Shown: positions 58,397 through 64,000 of the stretch, in pieces
Position numbering within the stretch: position 1 is the first letter of the stretch
Layout: every line of letters starts with the position of its first letter
DNA from: an uncultured virus (IMG/VR IMGVR_UViG_3300030103_005758)
Taxonomy: Duplodnaviria > Heunggongvirae > Uroviricota > Caudoviricetes
Length of the DNA stretch: 64,000 nucleotides
IMG/VR virus record: IMGVR_UViG_3300030103_005758
Reading direction: 5' to 3' (one strand)
Program-made: the position numbers and the translations under genes
Notes under the pieces: model-generated
What the model saw: the letters and a program-made list of their open reading frames with translations, nothing else
What the model was told of the DNA's origin: nothing
Databases searched by the model: none

Positions 58397-58740
58397 AATA
58401 CGAAGCAGAAAGTAGACCTTGGGGAATGTATGAAGTTTTATTAGATTCAGATGAATGTAAAGTAAAAAGAATTACAGTTGCTCCAGATTCAAAACTATCA
58501 TATCAATATCACCATAAAAGACAAGAACAATGGACGGTAATTAAAGGAAATTTAACTATCATTTTAGATGATGAAAAAGTTTTTAGATCACCTGGAGAAT
58601 CAATAAAAATTCCATTAGGAGCTAGACATAGAGCTTGGAATGAAACAGATGAATTAGTACAATTTATAGAAGTTCAAACCGGAACCTATTTTGGTGAGGA
58701 TGATATAGTAAGAATAGAAGACGATTATAATAGAAAATAA
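58393..58740 (+). CDS. Cupin, phosphomannose isomerase type II C-terminal-like
   Basis: 'RPWG', 'VKRITV.P', 'SYQYHHKRQEQW', 'EVQTG.YFGEDDIVRIEDDY'. Confidence 0.85.
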   Translation: MKYEAESRPWGMYEVLLDSDECKVKRITVAPDSKLSYQYHHKRQEQWTVIKGNLTIILDDEKVFRSPGESIKIPLGARHRAWNETDELVQFIEVQTGTYFGEDDIVRIEDDYNRK

Positions 58741-58742
58741 AT

Positions 58743-59006
58743 ATGGCATTAAAAAAACAATCAATAAGACAAGGAGTTTATGTTTTAATAGATGGAGTTA
58801 ACGCTTCTAAAGAAGAACTTATTACATTAAGCGAAACATGGACCGAAAAAAAAGAAGTATTTTTTAGAAAAATGCTTCAACAAGGAGGTAATTTTAGAAT
58901 GGATGGAAAAGATTTTATAGTTAAAATTAGAGAAAATCTTCAACTTAGATCAGATGGAACTAAAGATGGGGGAGTAGTTACAATCCCAGGAGGAAGAAGT
59001 TTTTAA
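58743..59006 (+). CDS. Hypothetical protein
   Basis: Intact ORF coupled (TAATG) to the polB C-part. Confidence 0.65.
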   Translation: MALKKQSIRQGVYVLIDGVNASKEELITLSETWTEKKEVFFRKMLQQGGNFRMDGKDFIVKIRENLQLRSDGTKDGGVVTIPGGRSF

Positions 59007-59929
59007 TGAAACACTTAGAGAACACCCCTTGGTATATTTGTAATGAAAATGATGAGAATCTATGTGCTTATGTAGATACTGATTCAAATTATTTTAATGC
59101 AGAACCATTACTTAATCATTTGTATCCTAACTTTGAAGAATTATCTGATGAAGAAAAAGATTTAAAATTAGAACAAATTGCTTTAAAATACCAGGATATC
59201 ATTACTGATCATTATAATTTATTAGCTAAAGAATGTTTTAATGTTGATAAACATAGATTAGAAATGAAAACCGAGTGTGTTATTCGTTCAGCTTATTTTA
59301 GAGCCAATAGACGTTATGCCCAATGGATTACAAAACAAGAAGGTATAACTAAAGAAACATTAGATGTTAAGGGTTTAGAATATAAAAAATCTAATTTTCC
59401 AAAATTATTTGGTACATTTTTTAAAAATATATTAGAAGATGTTTTAAAGGGTACTGAGCAGGATGAAATTGATACCCGTATTTTAAATTTTAAGAAAAAG
59501 ATATTAACAGAAATACCTATTGAACAATTAGGTAATCCAACAGGTGTAAAAACATTAAATAAATACACCGAACGTAAACCAGTTGGGGGAGAGGCATTTA
59601 CTGTTATAAAAAAAGGTGCACCCGCTGCTGTTAGAGCAACAATTAAGTATAATGATTTACTTAGATATTGGAAATTAGATAGTAAACATTCACCAATTGT
59701 TCAAGGTGATAAAGTTAAATGGATCTATTTAAAGAAAAATCCATACAATATTGAGGCATTAGCTTATCTTGATTTTGATATGCCTGATAAAATTAAAGAA
59801 TTTTTAGATAAATTCGCAGACAAAGAAAAAGTTTTTGATACTATATTATTAAATAAATTAGAAGGATTTTATGATGATTTAGGTTGGAGCTTAAATACAA
59901 ACCCTTATGTAAACCAATTTTTTATATGA
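59006..59929 (+). CDS. Family-B DNA polymerase, C-terminal part (motif C, thumb)
   Basis: 'YVDTDS', 'RRYA', 'DVKGLE.KKS'. Confidence 0.9.
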   Translation: MKHLENTPWYICNENDENLCAYVDTDSNYFNAEPLLNHLYPNFEELSDEEKDLKLEQIALKYQDIITDHYNLLAKECFNVDKHRLEMKTECVIRSAYFRANRRYAQWITKQEGITKETLDVKGLEYKKSNFPKLFGTFFKNILEDVLKGTEQDEIDTRILNFKKKILTEIPIEQLGNPTGVKTLNKYTERKPVGGEAFTVIKKGAPAAVRATIKYNDLLRYWKLDSKHSPIVQGDKVKWIYLKKNPYNIEALAYLDFDMPDKIKEFLDKFADKEKVFDTILLNKLEGFYDDLGWSLNTNPYVNQFFI

Positions 59930-60648
59930 TTTATATTTTTGATATAGATGGGACACTAACCCCCAGTAGAAACAAAATGGATAAAAATTTCCATGATTTT
60001 TTTATGGACTTTGTTAAGATCCATAGAGTATGGCTAATCTCAGGTAGTGACCATACTAAAACAATAGAACAAATAGGTGTTGACTTATGGACAAATGTAG
60101 AAAAAGCTTATCAATGTTCTGGTAATCAACTTTTTCAAAGAGGTTCTTTAATTAGAACTAGTGATTGGGAATTACCTATAGCAACTAAATGGTGTTTAGA
60201 AAAATTCTTAGAACAGTCTAAATACCCACATAGATATGGAAACCATATCGAAACTAGACCAGGTATGGTTAATTTCTCCATTGTGGGAAGACAATGTACT
60301 CAAGAACAAAGAGAAGAATACTTTAAATGGGATAATGAACATAAAGAAAGAGTTGAATTTACTAAAGAATTAAAAGAAAGATATCTTGGTTTAGATGCTG
60401 TAGTAGGTGGTGAAATTAGTATTGACATTTATCCAAGAGGTAAAGATAAAGGACAAATCGTAGAAGAATTAGATGATAATTTTATGTTTTTTGGAGATAA
60501 ATTATCACTAGGTGGCAATGATTATCCTATTAAACATGCTTCACAACTTAAACAACTAGAAGGAAATGAATTTTTCCATGTTAGAGGTTGGAAAGACACA
60601 AGAAATATATTAACTTCCATAATACAAACAAACGCAGGAGTAGTATGA
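59926..60648 (+). CDS. HAD-IIB phosphomannomutase (PMM-type)
   Basis: 'FDIDGTLT.SR', 'IE.R.GM.NFS..GR', 'GGEISIDI', 'FFGDK...GGND'. Confidence 0.85.
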   Translation: MIYIFDIDGTLTPSRNKMDKNFHDFFMDFVKIHRVWLISGSDHTKTIEQIGVDLWTNVEKAYQCSGNQLFQRGSLIRTSDWELPIATKWCLEKFLEQSKYPHRYGNHIETRPGMVNFSIVGRQCTQEQREEYFKWDNEHKERVEFTKELKERYLGLDAVVGGEISIDIYPRGKDKGQIVEELDDNFMFFGDKLSLGGNDYPIKHASQLKQLEGNEFFHVRGWKDTRNILTSIIQTNAGVV

Positions 60649-61364
60649 AAAAAAGTCATATAGTAAGTAATATACAAAAATATTTTTTAGGTGGTTTATC
60701 TAAAGGAGTTATTTGGAAAATACAAAATAACCAAGCAGTTATTGAATTTACTACAGAAACAAAAGATACTGTAGGAAAATTATTTTTTAATATAGATCTA
60801 GATGAGTGTGAAATTGGTATAAATAATACTGATGCTTTATTACGTTTACTAAGTATAACAGATGAAGAGTTACAATTAGAATTAGATACCAAAGAAACAG
60901 GATTACCTACTAAATTAAGAATTCAAGATAAAAAATATGATTTAGATTATAATTTAAGTGATCCTAAGATTATTGAAAAAGTACCTAATGTACAAGAAAT
61001 AGATTATGATTTTACTTTTAAACTAAATGATGAATTTATTAGTAGCTTTTTAAAAGCACACAATGCATTAGAAAAAACAAATGAATTCACTTTAAATACA
61101 GCTACTACTCCACAAGGGGAAAATGTTGTAGAACTAGTAATAGGAGAGAGAGAAAGACACGCTAATAAGATTAAATTCACTGAACCTGCTGAATTTGAAA
61201 CAGCAAGTGATTTATTACCATTTTCAGCAATTGTAATTAGAGAAATACTTTCAGCTAATAAGGGTAGTGAAGGTTCGGCATCTGTAAGTAATAAAGGATT
61301 ATTAAAAATTTCATTTAATACAGATGAAAGTTTAGTAGAATATTTTGTTGTAAGACAGCAATGA
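60645..61364 (+). CDS. Probable DNA sliding clamp (gp45-like)
   Basis: Size, two-lobed beta-rich pattern ending 'VSNKGLLKISF...VEYFV'; near polB. Confidence 0.6.
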   Translation: MKKSHIVSNIQKYFLGGLSKGVIWKIQNNQAVIEFTTETKDTVGKLFFNIDLDECEIGINNTDALLRLLSITDEELQLELDTKETGLPTKLRIQDKKYDLDYNLSDPKIIEKVPNVQEIDYDFTFKLNDEFISSFLKAHNALEKTNEFTLNTATTPQGENVVELVIGERERHANKIKFTEPAEFETASDLLPFSAIVIREILSANKGSEGSASVSNKGLLKISFNTDESLVEYFVVRQQ

Positions 61365-61918
61365 TAGAAAAACGTATAAAAGTTTATGATAATTTATTTT
61401 CTAGTCAATTAGAAGATATTATTGAAAAATTATGTTTAACTCAACTTCCTTATTATTATACCCCTAATATTGCTACTGAACAACACACTATATTATCTCC
61501 TGGTTTTTCCCATTTTTTTATTAATTCCTTATCAAAACCCCATTCTGAAAAATATACTCCCTTTTTTAATAATATATTATATACTTTATCAAATAAATTA
61601 TCTATTGTAGTAGAACAAATAATAGCAGGTAGAGTATTCATGCATTTACCTTCTCCTAATCCCGGAGCTGATACTATTCATACAGATTTAGACACTCCTC
61701 ATTGGGTAGCACTTTATTATATCAATGATAGTGATGGTGATACTATATTTTTTGATAATAATGAAAATGAAATTAAAAGGGTATCTCCTAAAAAAGGTAG
61801 AATTGCTTTTTTTGATGGCTCCATCCCACATTGTAGTTCTAGACCTTCTAAAAGTACACGAGTTATAGTTAATTTTGATTTTAATGGTACATTTTTTGGA
61901 GAGGAAAAAAAGAATTAG
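61361..61918 (+). CDS. 2OG-Fe(II) oxygenase
   Basis: 'HTD', 'LYYINDSDGDT.FF', 'FDG...H.S', 'R.IVN'. Confidence 0.8.
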   Translation: MIEKRIKVYDNLFSSQLEDIIEKLCLTQLPYYYTPNIATEQHTILSPGFSHFFINSLSKPHSEKYTPFFNNILYTLSNKLSIVVEQIIAGRVFMHLPSPNPGADTIHTDLDTPHWVALYYINDSDGDTIFFDNNENEIKRVSPKKGRIAFFDGSIPHCSSRPSKSTRVIVNFDFNGTFFGEEKKN

Positions 61919-61942
61919 TATATTTATGATAAATAACTGAGA

Positions 61943-62440
61943 CTCTAGGGCGAGCAGTTATAGTTTTATGTTTAACCGAGTAGCTAAGGCACTCACAAAT
62001 TTAATGATATGAATACATTTATTTATGAACGTACACCGTTCGACATTTTAATTAGAAATTTTTTCCAAGACGCAAGCACATATTCTCCGCTTGCAGAAAC
62101 CAAAGTTCCACATCCAGTAGATATTTACACTTCAGATAAAGGATTATCCTTTGATATCGCTTGTACGGGAATTAGTAAAAAAGATATTGAATTAAACATT
62201 CAAGACAATCTTTTAAAAATCAATTATAATAAACCAGAAGAAGATAAAGATGATAAAGACTATATCCATAGGGGTATTGCTAAAAGATCATTTAATCTAG
62301 GATGGAAAATTGATAATAAATTTGATTTATCTAAAGCTACAGCTAGCTATAATGATGGGTTATTATCAATTATTATACCATTCTCAAAGGGATCAGAATT
62401 AAAAACTCTGCAAATTAAGTAAAAAAAGTTCGCCCTAGAG
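61943..62440. repeat. Inverted repeat pair flanking hsp20
   Basis: CTCTAGGGCGA (61943-61953) and TCGCCCTAGAG (62430-62440). Confidence 0.8.
62009..62422 (+). CDS. Small heat-shock protein Hsp20
   Basis: 'PVDIY', 'YIHRGIAKRSF', 'A.YNDGLL.I'. Confidence 0.92.
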   Translation: MNTFIYERTPFDILIRNFFQDASTYSPLAETKVPHPVDIYTSDKGLSFDIACTGISKKDIELNIQDNLLKINYNKPEEDKDDKDYIHRGIAKRSFNLGWKIDNKFDLSKATASYNDGLLSIIIPFSKGSELKTLQIK

Positions 62441-62476
62441 CTTGGTTTTTACGTGTATTTTTCGTATATTTACGGC
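62441..62476 (+). promoter_or_regulatory. Early/host-type promoter
   Basis: CTTGG, then TTCGTATATTTACGGC starting 20 nt later. Confidence 0.6.
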
Positions 62477-62500
62477 AATAATCAGTTATAAAACACACAT

Positions 62501-62782
62501 ATGGCAAATCCAAATTTTAAAGGTAGACCTGTTGGATCAGGTAAAAATACATTTATAGAAGACCCATTATTAGGGGATTTTAAAATAGTAATTGATGAAT
62601 ACAGTTATAATGTATTTGATATTACTAAAAATAAAACTATAGGTTTTTATTCAACATTAGAACAATCAGTTTTAGCAATTGCTAGTAAACAAATGTTAGA
62701 AGATAGAACTTATAGTTTAACAGAATTCGCTAAAGAATTTAAAGAAACACATTTAAAACTTAAAGAAGCAATTTTAAAATAA
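62501..62782 (+). CDS. Hypothetical protein
   Basis: Intact ORF coupled to groES. Confidence 0.65.
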   Translation: MANPNFKGRPVGSGKNTFIEDPLLGDFKIVIDEYSYNVFDITKNKTIGFYSTLEQSVLAIASKQMLEDRTYSLTEFAKEFKETHLKLKEAILK

Positions 62783-63072
62783 TGAGTAAATTAAGACCAG
62801 TTAATGGAAACGTTATCCTTAGACCTATAGAGGAAGAGGAGCAAATGGCGGGAAATATTATTATTCCTGACATGGGTAAAGAAAGACCCGAAATGGGAGA
62901 AATTATAGCAATTTCAAATGTTTATAATTTTAATAAAGGTGAATATGCACCTTCAACATTAGAAGTTGGAATGAAAGTCTTAATCCCAAAAATGGGTGCA
63001 CAGGCTATAACCATTGAAGGAGAAGAATATTATATAACAGCACAAAATTCAGTGCTATCAATCGTAGAATAA
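62782..63072 (+). CDS. groES: Co-chaperonin GroES
   Basis: 'LRPVNGNVIL', 'GNIIIPD..KERP..GEIIA', 'VGMKV'. Confidence 0.9.
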   Translation: MSKLRPVNGNVILRPIEEEEQMAGNIIIPDMGKERPEMGEIIAISNVYNFNKGEYAPSTLEVGMKVLIPKMGAQAITIEGEEYYITAQNSVLSIVE

Positions 63073-64000
63073 TGACAGAAACAAGTTTCGGAACAGATTT
63101 AAAAAATAAGCTTTTAGAGGGAGTTCAAAAGTTAAATAATAGTGTAGCGTCAACATTAGGACCTGCAGGTAGAACAGTATTAATTAAAGAAGATACTGGT
63201 GAAATTAAAGTAACTAAAGATGGTGTTACTGTAGCTAAAGCATTTAAGGAATTAGAAGATCAAACTGAATCTATAGGTGCAGAATTAGCTAAAAAAGTCT
63301 CTACTAAATGTGCTAATGAGGTAGGAGATGGTACAACAACTTCAACAGTATTAGCTACTGCTATTTTAGAAGAGGGAATTAGACAAATTAATGATGGTTC
63401 TAATCCTGTTAATATTAAAAAAGGTATAGATGAAGCTGTCACAACAGTAGTAAATAGACTAAAAGAAATGTCCACTGAAATTACTGAAGATACCCAAATT
63501 AAAGAAGTAGCAACTATATCAGGTAATAATGATGTTGAAATAGGTAATTTAATTTCTACTGCTTTAGATAAAGTTGGTAGAGATGGAATTGTTACTATTG
63601 AAGAATCTAAAACAGGTGAAACTTCATTAGAGATAGTTGAAGGTATGCAATTTGATAGAGGTTTTAAATCTCCTTATTTTGTCACGGATAATAATACAAT
63701 GCAAGCTGTATTAGATGATCCTTATGTATTAATTTTTGATGGAAGAATTACACAAGCATCAGAATTAATTAATGTATTAAATAAAGCAAGTGGTGAATCT
63801 AAACCTATTTTAATTGTAGCCGAAGATATTGATGGTGAGGCATTAGCAACATTAATTGTTAATAAAATGAGAGGTACTGTTAAAGCAGTAGCTGTTAAAG
63901 CACCAGAATTTGGAGACAGAAGAACTATGGCTTTAGAAGATTTAGCTACAGTTACAGGTGGACAAGTTTTATCTAAAAATAAAGGACATAAACTTGATAA
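63072..64000 (+). CDS. groEL: Chaperonin GroEL, 3'-truncated by the window edge (not in ORF track)
   Basis: 'STLGPAGRTV', 'TKDGVTVAK', 'GDGTTT', 'EGMQFDRG', 'AVKAPEFGDRR'. Confidence 0.95.
   Translation, partial: MTETSFGTDLKNKLLEGVQKLNNSVASTLGPAGRTVLIKEDTGEIKVTKDGVTVAKAFKELEDQTESIGAELAKKVSTKCANEVGDGTTTSTVLATAILEEGIRQINDGSNPVNIKKGIDEAVTTVVNRLKEMSTEITEDTQIKEVATISGNNDVEIGNLISTALDKVGRDGIVTIEESKTGETSLEIVEGMQFDRGFKSPYFVTDNNTMQAVLDDPYVLIFDGRITQASELINVLNKASGESKPILIVAEDIDGEALATLIVNKMRGTVKAVAVKAPEFGDRRTMALEDLATVTGGQVLSKNKGHKLD

Noticed and set aside
56700..59100. Split intein or self-splicing intron in polB
   Set aside because: No intein N-block or terminal His-Asn, no homing endonuclease, and the gap is filled by ordinary genes with almost no non-coding space.
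61975..61996. CIRCE operator before hsp20
   Set aside because: GAGTAGCTAA and GCACTC half-sites are in the wrong order and spacing for TTAGCACTC-N9-GAGTGCTAA; treated as a hairpin.
1..64000. Stop-codon reassignment
   Set aside because: Standard code gives dense full-length genes, and TAA, TAG and TGA all end conserved proteins at expected positions.

Overview
64 kb of a large, AT-rich, T4-like (myovirus) bacteriophage genome with every credible gene on the + strand. The host is probably a marine Bacteroidota (Flavobacteriales): promoters are TTTG-N-TAnATTT type and Shine-Dalgarno sequences are generally absent. 1-26.3 kb is the morphogenesis module: neck/tail-completion genes, a family of Ser/Thr/Gly-rich fibre genes with an embedded GT4 + TibC-like glycosyltransferase, sheath, tube, a probable frameshifted tail-assembly chaperone, tape measure and baseplate. 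26.3-35.7 kb is replication: a short family-A polymerase, SSB, RecA/UvsX, 5'-3' nuclease, helicase and class I RNR. 36-54.5 kb is an accessory region with a dispersed 7-deazaguanine pathway (queD, TGT/DpdA-like, queC, queE, folE, PRTase), candidate riboswitch-like RNAs before queC and queE, tRNA-fMet, an orphan fibre gene and four NodU-type carbamoyltransferases (three N-domain-only). 55-64 kb holds a split family-B polymerase interrupted by a flavin halogenase and a cupin, then PMM, sliding clamp, Hsp20, GroES and GroEL. All calls come from motif recognition by eye; no searches were run.
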